From Heptranchias perlo (taxonomy: Eukaryota): a stretch of DNA of 64,000 nt. The translations under genes and the position numbers were made by a program. Shown in pieces: positions 1 through 11,854 of the stretch (position 1 is the stretch's first letter; every line of letters begins with the position of its first letter). Under the pieces are notes generated by a model that was not told the origin of the DNA, did not search any database, and saw only the letters and a program-made list of their open reading frames with translations. The stretch lies in NCBI RefSeq assembly GCF_035084215.1, contig NC_090350.1:25978001-26042000 (forward strand), given 5' to 3'.

Positions 1-9
1 GCAATATCG

Positions 10-280
10 ACACAAGCAAAGTGAAGCTCCCTCCATATTACCTCCAATAATGCATCATACCTCAACCTCAAAAGAGCACTACGAACACCATTCTCAACTT
101 TTCCACACCATTACATGATGCCAAAATTAAATAGTCAATCCAATGCCAAATTATGTAACCTGCTCAGAACAAAGCAGAGGCAGGCAAACTCATTCCACTG
201 TAAGACAGACTGTCTGCACTTTGTTCAAACTCAGGTCCAACTAAGCCCACATTTTAAACTTAGAACTCCAATTGCTGGAT
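10..280 (-). mobile_element. LF-SINE-like fragment
   Basis: Reverse complement resembles the recalled LF-SINE body (ggttgagg..cattattggaggtaatatggagggagcttcac; ataatttggca); similar to copies at about 18320-19080, 21705-21880 and 59600-59770. Confidence 0.45.
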
Positions 281-1705
281 AAAAAAAGTCTGGTACACTA
301 GAAGTCACTTGGATGGCTTGATTGTTGACAGCAATAAAAAAAAGTGTACAGAAGTTTGCTTCTGTGCTTTGTCACACTACTAATGCACAACAAATTGGCC
401 AAATTACCTATGCAGCCATTGCAAAAACAACCTCAACACAGATTCTATTACAAGTACTTACAAAACCAATGGGACATTTTTTTAATCCAAGTACTGGGAA
501 TCTAATTAAAGTAGCTACATTTCCATTAAAAGTTCATGGCAGTCTACAGAGCATGATGGTCCCTATGTACATTGGGTATGGAGGAATGGTTCATTTGCCA
601 CTAATGCCCCCATCGAGATTTTATTACGCTAAATATTAGAGTGTCAGAATTAAGATGAATCATGAGAAGTCTCCTTCAGAAATAGGAGACAATACAGTAT
701 ATTGAGGTACTCGTCTTCCGAGTGTCAAGATAATGACCTAGCTCCCCCATTCTCTAACTCTCCACTTTGGCCATATTCTAGAAGTAGATGGCTCAAAAGA
801 AGTCACAGATCTCCCTGACCCAACAAAAAAGGGGCAGCAAAAGCAGATTGTGTACACTGGTTTATTCTTTCACACCTTATGGTGGGCAGGATTGTCCTGG
901 GACAGAGCCACTTACTTCATCGCTCAGTCGCAGATGTGTGGAAAACTAATTATTCGCAATAGTGACATTTCACCATCAAAGACCTTAAGGAGCTTTCTCA
1001 CTTAATCTATGGCAGTGGGCATACAGAACCAGAGTTTCATTTATAGCATGGAGCTTTTGAAAGCCAATTGTTCCTTTAACAACATTACGTTGGTCAAGCT
1101 GCCCTTAAACACTACAACACCCCAAAATACTGCACACACCCAGATACAAAGATACCACCTCATATCTTCAAGAAGTGCAGTCCATTTCAAGGCTTCTATA
1201 AAACAGAAATAAATCATGTCACGCAAACTGATTTTATTGGTTTTGTATATGGGACGTGTTTGAATGACAAGTTGACTAAAACTACAGCAGAGCTGAATTA
1301 TCATTATGGTATAGCATAACAGATCACAAAACATTTTCTACTATTGTTTGGTAGGAATGGCTACATGCTGCAAGTATCTTATAGTTGTGCTCCATCAGAA
1401 ATATTACTTTGAGAATAAAACTGGACTCGATCAAAGAGTAATTTGGATAATAAACCAATGGAACAGTTGAGCTAGAAAAGGAATACAACTCACAAAATTT
1501 ATTCTACCCCACCGCAGGAACACCAGTCTGCAAGAGAGTCAAAACGTAGATAAATTGACGATAGCCATTTTAATAACCAAGATCATACAACCCATTGCAC
1601 AAGAGAGTGGGTGTTCAAATATTTAGATAGAAAAGACCTTCTTCTACATTTAAACATGCAATTATAGCACATATTTCATTATATTATACATTGTTCATCA
1701 CTCAC

Positions 1706-1866
1706 CTTTCTGGTCAGTTCTTTTACTGCATTGCTGTTATACTTTTCGAAATGGAAACTCTCGTCTTTGAGAGAACTGGCAGACCTCAGGCTAGGAGTCA
1801 AGCTGATGTCCTCTCCCAATAATTTAGCAGCATTTGCCTTTGCTATTTCAAGCAACTTCTTTTTGT
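1706..1866 (-). CDS. RSRP1: RSRP1 exon encoding (D)KKKLLEIAKANAAKLLGEDISLTPSLR...KELTRK
   Basis: Conserved LLEIAKANAAK motif of the RSRP1/SON family; CAG acceptor at 1867, AAG|GTGAGT donor at 1705; phase consistent. The remaining coding exons were not found and probably lie left of the window. Confidence 0.88.
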
Positions 1867-3040
1867 CTGAAAGAAAACAAGTGTTTACTAAATTTTTTAA
1901 GATGCAACTCTTCAAGTTTTTCAAAACATGGATTAAAGAGTATAAAGTGCTGATCGGCAATGTTACTTTCCTTATGTTCAGTGCACAAGATCACACCCAT
2001 AAGTAAGCAGTCATTCAGAGACCTGTGATTTTAAACACAATACTGGGTAATGTAATTTGCCTAGGAATCGAACAAACTCTTTGCTGCTGTCTTCAGCTTA
2101 CTGGACATGTCACATGTCCAAGTGCCATCTCTCCTTGACTTTGGAAGGCAGCAGAATGAACACCATCATGTGGCATTGTTTATAAACTACCAAATGGCTT
2201 ATTAATAAATAGCTAAGTGAATAGTAGTGATGAGCAGCAGATATACAGTAATACAGAACTTCTCCGTTCCTTGAAGTATCGAAATAGTAGCATCTCCAGT
2301 GCTGAAACTCTCAATACAACTAGACCTGAAACAAGTTCTGACCATAACCTTGCATGGAAGTTCACTGCTAACCTTCCACTGACCCTCCTGCCTCTGACAG
2401 CTTCAGAAGGACTGAAGCAAGTCTGTTCAAGATATACTTAAGTGTAGCTAGAAAGTATAACTAGCAAACAAAGAAAATCAAAATGTATTATCTATTACCC
2501 AATTGCTGCATGCTGACAAACACCCACAAGACACCCAGATAATGGGTAAGCTCCTCAAAAACTGCTTGCAAGCTGCCCAAATGTAATAGGCTGCATGTGA
2601 ACAGCCATCCAGAAATATATGTAAATGCACCTAATCAAAAAAACTAAGACTGTCCACCACTCACTGAACAGCTGCTGGAAGATACCAATTGTTGTTGAAT
2701 TTCAATAGCCTCCTTTGAACTCAAACAGGGTTGTACTTTAAGATATTTACACAATGGCTCCCTGCTATCTGAGACACGCACAAATCTGTTTCCCAGGCTT
2801 TTGTGCAAACTGACTAGTTTTATTTTTGTTTTAAGTGAACATGGTTTTAACCTCAAAGATATCACAATGAAATTACAAAACAAGAAATGACACACCATAG
2901 ACAAAATACAGCATTTGCCAATTTTTTTAAAAATAAAGAGTCCCACTTCGTACTGAGGTATTATGACCAGATTACTAAGTCTCAATTCTTTAGAAAACAC
3001 ATTGTAATACTTCTTTAATCCTGTTCTCAATGTATTTTAC

Positions 3041-3976
3041 CTTTCTCTGTTAAGTGTATTGATCCGCCCCTTGATCTGCTTCGGCTTCTTCTGTGTGATG
3101 GCAATTGGGTTTTGCACTCAAAGCCATAGTAACTCCTCCGAAGTCTTGATGAAGACCTAGACCTTGATCTTGAGCGGGATCTTCTGTATCTCAATGTGTA
3201 CCTTGGCCTGTGGTATGACCTAGAACGGGACGTGTAGCACCTAGATCTTGATCTGTATCTACGGGGTGACCGATAAGATATTTGGCATCTGGATCTTTGG
3301 CAACAAGATCTTGACCTTGAATAGGTTCGCCAAGATCTTCTGTAGCTCCTCTCCCGTGATACATATCTGCCCCTTGAAGCTAAGGAGGAATCATCTGAAC
3401 TTGACCTAGACCTCTCTAAAGAGGACACTGATCGAGAGCTGCCAGAAGATGACACTGATCCTGATCGGGAGCTGCAAGAAGAGGACACTGAACCTGATCG
3501 GGAGCTGCCAGAAGAGGACACTGAACCTGATCGGGAGCTGCCAGAAGAGGACACTGAACCTGATCGGGAGCTGCCAGAAGAGGACACTGAACCTGATCGG
3601 GAGCTGCCAGAAGAGGACACTGAACCTGATCGGGAGCTGCCAGAAGAGGACACTGAACCTGATCGGGAGCTGCCAGAAGAGGACACTGAACCTGATCGGG
3701 AGCTGCCAGAAGAGGACACTGAACCTGATCGGGAGATTATAGACCTTTTGATGCCAAGAGTTCTGGAATGTGATGTTCTCTCATACTTTTCAGTCTTCTG
3801 ACCAGGAGAAGCAAGTCTCAATTCATCCACACCAGCAGCTATTTCTTCAGTCTTCTGCTCCTGGGCAATGCATCCATCTGTTCCCCTCTCCATTTCAATA
3901 TCTATCTCAGACACCTGCTCCATTTCTGAATCTGATTTCAGATCATTATCACATCTTTGTTGCACGTTCGTTTTAC
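3041..3976 (-). CDS. RSRP1: RSRP1 large exon, Ser/Arg-rich (RS domain)
   Basis: ORF 3027-3965 rich in SRSRS dipeptides; acceptor tctttCAG|G at 3977; donor AAAG|GTAAAA at 3040 after ...SIHLTEK; splices to DKKKLLEIAKANAAK; position next to TMEM50A/RH matches the human RSRP1 locus. Confidence 0.88.
3421..3735 (-). repeat. Coding minisatellite, 33-bp unit, about 9 copies, encoding (SRSGSVSSSGS)n
   Basis: gaggacactgaacctgatcgggagctgccagaa repeated almost perfectly inside the RSRP1 exon. Confidence 0.97.
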
Positions 3977-4159
3977 CTGAAAGATCAATAACTATACATT
4001 CAAATGACAGTAAACAGAAAGCTCATTTTGTTAGCCATATTGAACACGTGCACAATTACACAAGAATTAAATCTAGCATATGGTGTAATATAAGTGAACT
4101 TCAACTGTTGTTGCTTTTTTCCATTATTCTACACTGAAGGTTAAATTCAGTAGTATACT

Positions 4160-4690
4160 AACCAAATGTAGCACCGTATCATAGAATCTTACAGCACAGA
4201 AGGAGGCCATTCTGCCCATCATGCCTATGCTGGCTCTTTGAATGAGCTTTCCAATTAGTTCCACTCCATGTTTTTTCCTTGCAGCCCTGTAAAGTTTTCC
4301 TTTTCAAGTATATTTCCAATTCCCTTTTGAAAGTTACTATTGAATCTGCTTTCACCACCTTTTCAGGCCATGTATTCCAGATCATAACTTACTGCGTAAA
4401 AAAAAATTCTCCTCATCTCTCCTGTGGTTCTTTTGTCAATTATATTAAATCTGTGTCCCCTGTTAACAGAGCCTCCCACCAGTGGAAATAGTTAACTTAT
4501 TTACTCTATCAAAATCCCACATAATTTTGAACACCTCTATTAAATCTCCCTTTTACCTTCTCTGCTCTAAAGGAGAAAAATCCCAGCTTTTCTAGTCTCT
4601 CCACATAACTGGTCCCTCATCTCAGGTGTCATTCTGATGACCCTCCACTGCACCCTCTCCAAGGCCTTGACATCCTTCCGAAGGCACCAT
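4160..4690 (-). mobile_element. CR1 LINE 3' end
   Basis: Typical CR1 tail (atagaatc..acagcacagaaggaggccattc); minus ORF IWNTWPEKVVKADSIVTFKRELEIYL is the CR1 ORF2 C-terminus. Confidence 0.85.
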
Positions 4691-5434
4691 ATAAAATTTC
4701 ATATTTTTGGGTTTAACTGCATACTATAAAATGATTCCTCCAAGTTTGGGATCAGCCTCAACCATAATGTTTCCAAAATCTTGAATTGAATGCTCAGGGT
4801 AGATAATGGAAACGATCATTGAAATGTTTCACATCGGTAAAGAGGAAAAATTCCACTAATGGGACAGTTCCAAACTACAATCAATTAAAGGCACTTTTAT
4901 ACTGTTTTTCCATCTCCAATTTCCATAGCACAAGTCTCCCACAGTCAGTGACCACCGGAATTTTTAGATAGTCAACCAGGAAGCCCCATTTTTCATGGGT
5001 TCTACCCGGCTGTAGTCGATTTTAATGGGGCTAGTAAATACACTGCTACAACAGGAGCAGCATGTTTTGGTGGTATGTAATGATGCTACACCACAACACT
5101 GCAAAGTTCTGTTACTGTACACAGGTGTATTTATCTTCATACTGATGATATAATGCAACATGAGACATTAATGCTCAATGCATTAGCACTGACCAGTGTT
5201 ACAGCCAGTCAGCATTTCCTCTTTGATGCGTGTTCGCACAGGGAGATTAGCAGCACAGCTCAAAAGCAATTTTGAGGGCACAGTGCATTTAGAGCACTCT
5301 CCCAAGATCCATTAGTTTCACCTCTGCCATCTATTACAATTGCTAGAGAAGGGCAAGCTCACTGCAGTTCCAAAGAGACACCATAAGGAACAGAGTGGCC
5401 CTCAGTGACTCTTTTAAAAACACACTTTAAATAC

Positions 5435-5552
5435 TAGTGAGCTACGGACCGGGTGCTGAAGGTGGGATTAGAATGGGCACCTGGTTGTTCTTCCAGCCGG
5501 CGCAGACACGATGGGCCGAATGGCCCCTTTCTGTGCTGTATCTTTTCTATAG
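5435..5552 (+). mobile_element. Short CR1 3' terminal fragment
   Basis: gctacggacc..cagacacgatgggccgaatggcc..ttctgtgctgta..ttctat tail motif. Confidence 0.7.
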
Positions 5553-5759
5553 TTCGACTAAATTCATACTCTACACAGACCCTTACCATCACACAACCGC
5601 TTTAACCACTACAGATCCTTCGGCTTGTAAAATAATGGACAGTAGTCCTAAAAACAAGCACAGTTTCTCTCCCAGGCATCCTGAACTTTTACACCACTGA
5701 TTTTGCACATGTAACTGAAGATTAAAAATTTAGCAAGTAACAAAATTCTGAAAACTTAC

Positions 5760-5812
5760 CATAGCTCGATTTCTCTCTCATCATTTCCCAGGCTAAACCA
5801 ACTGAACTTAGC
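5760..5812 (-). CDS. RSRP1: RSRP1 exon 2 (53 nt; ATG-ATG at 5784, MMREKSSY)
   Basis: Acceptor CAG (5815-5813), donor ATG|GTAAGT; phase 1 matches the acceptor of the large RS exon at 3976. Confidence 0.65.
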
Positions 5813-6049
5813 CTGTTAACAGAAAACATATTTATTTTTGCAAGTGAAACATAGGCGTTTTAGTACAAAACTATATGTAGTTAAATTATATTTAAGCCAA
5901 GTAAAATTTCCACCTTTTGGAAAAACTTGAGCAAAAAATGTTTACACACGAGACAGGCATTACTGGATCCCACACTGATCCCATGGTTAATAATCTAATG
6001 CCATTGGAAAAATAAACAGAATAACATGGAAAAATAAACAACGTACCTG

Positions 6050-6645
6050 ATCGCCCACCTCCACCCCTACCTTAGTTCATCTGCCACAGAAGCCCTCACC
6101 CAAGCTTACTGTCTCCTCCAGATTCAACAACTCCAATGCACTCCTGGATGGCCTTCCATCCACCACCCTCCGTAAACTTCAGTTCATCCAAGATTCTGCA
6201 GCCCCTATCATCCCGAACCAAGTCCTGCTCACATATTACCATTGTCCTCATTGACCTACATTGGCTCCAAGTCTACCAAAGCCTCAAAATTAAAAGTCTC
6301 ATCCTTGTGTTTAAATCCCTTCATGGCTTTACCTCTCCCCATCTCCGTAACCTCCTCCAGCCTTACAATTCTCACCCCCTCATCAGTTTTCTCTGATTCT
6401 GCCCTCATGTGCATCTTGCCCTCCCTTTGCACCTTGGCAACCATGCCTTTAGCCACCTATGCTCCACGCTCTAGAATTCACTCCCTAATTTCCCCTCTGC
6501 CTCTCCATCTCCTCACCTATCTGACTCAGCCTTTGATCACCCCTCATATCTCCTTCGGCACAGCATTCATTTTTTGATTACACCTCTGAAGCACTTTGTG
6601 ATGTTTTTCTACGTTGAATGTGCTATATAAATTGAAGATGTTATT
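6050..6645 (+). mobile_element. L2 LINE 3' end
   Basis: Peptide LIDLHWLQV..KIKSLILVFKSLHG typical of the L2 ORF2 C-terminus; tail tgtgctatataaat. Confidence 0.8.
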
Positions 6646-7104
6646 ACATTGCAGCTTTTACAAAATACCAATTATTTGATAAATCAAAGTTTACTTTAAA
6701 ATCTAAAAGATTAAAAGGCAAAAAATTGTGCAATTTATTCAGATTCATCACGCCACCTAACAGTGAGTCAATAGCTTTCTATAAAACTCACCAATGCTCA
6801 AGAGATCACAGAACAAACTGTGGGGCAGCTAGAGGGAGGGGCAATGAGAACTAGCCGCTAATCAGTGATTAGTCAGCAGCTCGGCACTTTACAGAATACA
6901 AACAACCTTTTCTTGTGTAGAAATAGGGCCTCTCCTTTCTGAGTGCAGGAACTAAAATCATGAAAATGATCACTTGTCAACTTAATGTAATTTCAACAAT
7001 ATGCACAACAGTTAAGTTCTCACTTCCTCATTGCATTTAAGTTATTAGTCTTCATTATGACAGTTTATAAAAGGAAACACTAGTAACAATTACATACACC
7101 CTGG

Positions 7105-8785
7105 CTTTGACTCCACTCCATCGGCTAACAAACCCACCCAAATGCTGAATTTGACCCCAATGCCTCGGCTGACAAACCCAGTGACTTTGAACCCAATCTC
7201 TCACCTAACAACCCAACCAAACACTGACCTTGAACCCAATCTCTCATCTAACTACCCAACCAAACACTGACTTTGAACCCAATCTCTCAACTAACAATCC
7301 AACCACTGGCTTGGACCCTGCTACCTCACTTGACAAACCCACCCAAACACTGACTTTGACCCCAATCTCATGACTCACAAACCAAACCAAACGCTGGTTT
7401 TGACCCCACTTCCTCATCGAACAAACCAAACCAAACACCGACTTTGTCCCTCTCCCTCATCTAATAAACCAAACCAAACATTGACTTTGTCCCTCTCCCT
7501 CATCTAACAAACCAAACCAAACATTGACTTTGTCCCTCTCCCTCATCTAACAAACCAAACACCGACTTTGTCCCTCTCCCTCATCGAACAAACCAAACAC
7601 CGACTTTGTCCCTCTCCCTCATCTAATAAACCAAACCAAACATTGACTTTGTCCCTCTCCCTCATCTAATAAACCAAGCCAAACATTGACTTTGTCCCTC
7701 TCCCTCATCGAACAAACCAAACCAAACATTGACTTTGTCCCTCTCCCTCATCGAACAAACCAAACCAAACATTGACTTTGTCCCTCTCCCTCATCGAACA
7801 AACCAAACCAAACATTGACTTTGTCCCTCTCCCTCATCGAACAAACCAAACCAAACACTGACTTTGTCCCTCTCCCTCGTCTAACAAACCAAACACCGAC
7901 TTTGTCCCTCTCCCTCATCTAATAAACCAAACACTGACTTTGTCCCTCTCCCTCGTCTAACAAACCAAACACCGACTTTGTCCCTCTCCCTCATCTAATA
8001 AACCAAACACTGACTTTGTCCCTCTCCCTCGTCTAACAAACCAAACACCGACTTTGTCCCTCTCCCTCATCTAATAAACCAAACACTGACTTTGTCCCTC
8101 TCCCTCGTCTAACAAACCAAACACCGACTTTGTCCCTCTCCCTCATCTAATAAACCAAACCCTGACTTTGTCCCTCTCCCTCATCTAACAAACCAAACCA
8201 AACATTGACTTTGTCCCTCTCCCTCATCTAACAAACCAAACCAAACATTGACTTTGTCCCTCTCCCTCATCTAACAAACCAAACATTGACTTTGTCCCTC
8301 TCCCTCATCTAACAAACCAAACATTGACTTTGTCCCTCTCCCTCATCTAACAAACCAAACCAAACATTGACTTTGTCCCTCTCCCTCATCTAACAAACCA
8401 AACATTGACTTTGTCCCTCTCCCTCATCTAACAAACCAAACATTGACTTTGTCCCTCTCCCTCATCTAACAAACCAAACCAAACACTGACTTTGTCCCTC
8501 TCCCTCGTCTAACAAACCAAACACCGACTTTGTCCCTCTCCCTCATCGAACAAACCAAACCAAACCAAACATTGACTTTGTCCCTCTCCCTCATCTAACA
8601 AACCAAACCAAACCAAACACCGACTTTGTCCCTCTCCCTCATCGAACAAACCAAACCAAACACCGACTTTGTCCCTCTCCCTCATCGAACAAACCAAACC
8701 AAACACCGACTTTGTCCCTCTCCCTCATCTAATAAACCAAACCAAACACTAACTTTGTCCCTCTCCCTCATCTAACAAACCAAAC
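7105..8785. repeat. Intronic minisatellite, 38/43/48-bp units (gactttgtccctctccctcatctaac[aaacc]n aaac), degenerate left flank
   Basis: About 30 near-identical units over 7425-8785 differing in the number of CAAAC pentamers; diverged copies 7105-7425. Confidence 0.97.
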
Positions 8786-8926
8786 GGGATCAATGTCCAG
8801 TTCGTCAGAGTGCGTCATACCCAACGCCAAGACTTAGACCCGCTTTTTAAATTCAGATTTTCCAAGAAAATGGTAATTTAGAATTATTTTAAGCAGTTCG
8901 CGTGTTTTTTTTGTCCCAAAACTTAC

Positions 8927-8988
8927 AGATTACATTCTCTGACTTGATTCTTCAGCCAACAACTCACAACTGCCCCTCTTACCGCCAT
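8927..8988 (-). CDS. RSRP1: RSRP1 putative exon 1 (in-frame N-terminal extension MAVRGAVVSCWLKNQVRECN; may be 5'UTR only)
   Basis: ATG at 8988 in AAGATGGCGG context about 35 nt downstream of TATAAAA; donor CT|GTAAGT at 8926; 62 nt, phase 2, joins the 5760-5812 exon in frame with no stop. Confidence 0.5.
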
Positions 8989-9215
8989 CTTTCCACTGAC
9001 TCAGACACGGCCGGTTCCTCCTTTTATAACCTATTCGGTCCCCAGAACCCGCCTCCATCTCAATATTATTGGCTATTTGTTATCAATCTTTGTTTTTATT
9101 GGCTAATTTGGATGCGGCAAGAGATCTCAGCCTATGAAACACTGCGCACCGGGAGCCGAGCCTCTGATTATTGGTCAATATAGCCATCAATCAGAGCTCG
9201 GACCCTGGCGTTCCT
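8980..9215 (-). promoter_or_regulatory. RSRP1 core promoter (TATA, GC box, several CCAAT boxes, YY1 motif)
   Basis: TATAAAA on minus 9028-9022; GGAGGCGGG about 9048-9056; ATTGG at about 9068, 9098, 9170; AAGATGGCGG 8991-8982; local CpG enrichment. Confidence 0.75.
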
Positions 9216-9279
9216 GGCAATTCGACGCCCAAATAGTCAAAATTACTGTCAATCAACAAGGAAAAGGGAGAGAAAAAAA

Positions 9280-9435
9280 ACCCTGCAGATGCTGGAAATC
9301 TGAGACAAAGACAGAAAATGTTGGAAACAGTAGAGGTCAGTCAACATCTGTGGAAAGAACAAGGGAGTTTACATTTTGGGTGTGGACCCTATGGGTCAAA
9401 ACACTTGACCTGCCAACATTTTCTGGTTTTCAGTC
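9280..9435. mobile_element. Penelope-like-derived short repeat
   Basis: gcagatgctggaaatctgag..acagaaaatgttggaa..catctgtgga motif with an inverted echo at about 9410-9432; related copy near 23870-23950. Confidence 0.5.
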
Positions 9436-9917
9436 AGAAAGCATCCTTTTAGAAGAATCATTACTACACATATTAGCATTTTTTAAACTTTATTTATTCC
9501 TTACTTTTGAGTTTTTCTTTCCAAAATCCAATGAGTCTATAATTTTCTCCTCTCCTCGGGTACTATTCCCCTCCCTTTCAAAACCACAATAATCACCCTC
9601 CTCCTCAAAAAAACCCACCCTCATCCTCTCTGCAGGGGACCGTATTTGCCTTGCTGGGCTCCTACATTTTACTAGACAATGATACTAAATACTATTTACC
9701 TGGTGACAATTCCACACACGTACAATCATGAAAAGGCATGTTTGCAATAGATAATATAAAAATAGTTAACAAAACAACAAGCAATAGATAACACAAGAGT
9801 AAATGACATTGAATGACTATAAAGGACATGAGAAACCAATGTTTTTTCAGTATATGAGCTGTATGACAACTCAGAAACTATATTTTCGTGCTTTAAATGT
9901 GGTGAAGTCATGTATAA

Positions 9918-10385
9918 TAAGAACATAAGAAATAGGAGCAGGAGTAGGCCATACAGCCCCTCGAGCCTGCTCCGCCGTTCAATAAGATCATGGCTGATCT
10001 TTTACCTCAACTCCACTTTCCCGCCCGATCCCCGTATCCCTTGATTCCCTTAGAATCCAAAAGTTCATCAATCTCAGTCTTGAATATACTCAACAACTGA
10101 GCATCCACAGCCCTCTGGGGTAGAGAATTCCAAAGATTCACCACCCTCTAAGTGAAGAACTTCCTCCTCATCTCAGTCCTAAATGGCCGACCCCTCATCC
10201 TGAGACTATGCCCCCTTGTTCTAGACTCTCCAGCCAGGGGAAAGAGCCTCTCAGCATTTACCCTGTCAAGCCTCTAAGAATTTTATACATTTCAATGAGA
10301 TCACCTGAACTCCGGAGAATATAGGCCCATTTTACTCAATCTCTCCTCATCAGCCAACCTCTCATCCCAGGAATCAATCTAGTCT
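9918..10385 (-). mobile_element. CR1 LINE 3' end
   Basis: aagaacataagaaataggagcaggagtaggccat..cccctcgagcctgctccgcc tail. Confidence 0.88.
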
Positions 10386-10534
10386 GAGTAGTCAAATGAT
10401 ATTCAGTTTAAGAACTTACCCAAAAAGAAAGAACTGAATTTTGTCTTCTCCTTTCTCACCTCAGTCATGACTGTAAAGAAGGTGAGCGGGGAAGCTGAGA
10501 AGGCAACAGCTGCAGGTTGTTACATGTCCCCTGA

Positions 10535-10945
10535 ATTACGACCCTTATTATCACTCATTCTCCCGTGCTCACTTGCTGACACACACTCTCTTGTATTCAC
10601 TCACACTCACTCACTTTCTCACCCTCACCCCTTTACTCTCATATATACTTACTTTCTCACTCAGTCTTTTACTCAATCACTCACAATCACACCACTTTTC
10701 TCTCTTTCTCAATCTACTCTCATTTGAGCTCTCACTCACTGACTGACTCACTCATTCCCTCTCTCACTCAGTAACTCAGTGTGTTTTTTCTCATATTCAC
10801 TTACTCTTTCACACTCATTCACTCATTCACATTCTTCCTCATTCTCTCACTTACTCTCATATTCACTCGCACACACTCAAGCTCACGCACTCACTCATTC
10901 TTATGCACTCTCTCATTCACTGACACGTTCTCATTCAGTAAGTCA
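10535..10945. repeat. Degenerate (ACTC/CT/CA) low-complexity tract
   Basis: Runs of actc/tcac/ctct; produces spurious His/Ser/Thr-rich ORFs. Confidence 0.85.
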
Positions 10946-11854
10946 TCCCCTTTACCCAAGAGGGAACTGTATCCTGATCCTAGAGTGAAAGAGGATTGTA
11001 TCCCAACCTCAGTATGAGAGGGGATTGTGCTTCTTTTCATTCTTTCTCTCGCTCTGTCCTGACCTCTCTTGCCAACTTGATTACACTCACTCTTTGCCCT
11101 AGTGGACCCCAGAAACAGACCTACACTCAGTAGCAGCACAGTATCAGCAACCCTAAAGTGAAAGTCTGTCCCCAGAATCAGTGCCTAAAGTTCAGCCAGG
11201 ACCCGAAGACCAGAGCTCCCATCCCAGACAAACTCCCACCAACTCTGCCACTGGGACCAAATGCCTATGATTCTCTTTCCTTTTACAGGGGCAAATAGTT
11301 TTTTTAAAAAAAAGAACTATAAAAACACTGGCTTCCTATTTAATATGACAACGAACCTGCAGAAGAATTAAATAACCCTCCTGATTGTACTCAGTGCTAT
11401 GTTGCCCATGGAGCACGTGTCTGTTCACTGGATGCACTTGGGCCTCCTGACTGGCTCAGGGCCCCGTCCAATTGCATAGCTTGCAAGGCCATAACACCAC
11501 CACTGCCGCTCTGTCCTTGCAAACTACCACCCCACTTCCGACGTCCCTTTTCTCTCCAAAGTTCTTGAACTATGCAATCACCTCCCAAATCCCTGCCCAT
11601 CTTTCCCACAAATCAATATTTGAATCTCCAATTAAGTTTCTGCCCTGACACAGCACTAAAGCGGCCCTAATCAAAATCACAAAGGACATTTTCTATCACT
11701 GTGACAGTGGTGCGTGAGCTCTCCTTGTCCTCCTCGACCTCTATAAAGCCTCTGACATGGTCGACCACATCATCCTTCTACAATTGTCCAGCTCAGTGGG
11801 GCTGCCTTGATTGCGCTCTTATCTATCTGATCGTAGTCAGAGCACCTCCAGCAA

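Noticed and set aside
2644-3030. 128-aa minus ORF directly after the RSRP1 RS exon
   Set aside because: Intronic, no recognisable motif; the real frame splices from 3041 to 1866
3449-3742. Plus-strand ORF (KRTLNLIGSCQ)n
   Set aside because: Antisense shadow of the RSRP1 coding repeat
7425-8785. CRISPR-like regular repeat array
   Set aside because: Units are contiguous with no unique spacers, no cas genes are present and the context is a vertebrate intron; it is a minisatellite
10467-11139. His/Ser/Thr-rich ORFs
   Set aside because: Translation of low-complexity (ACTC)n sequence
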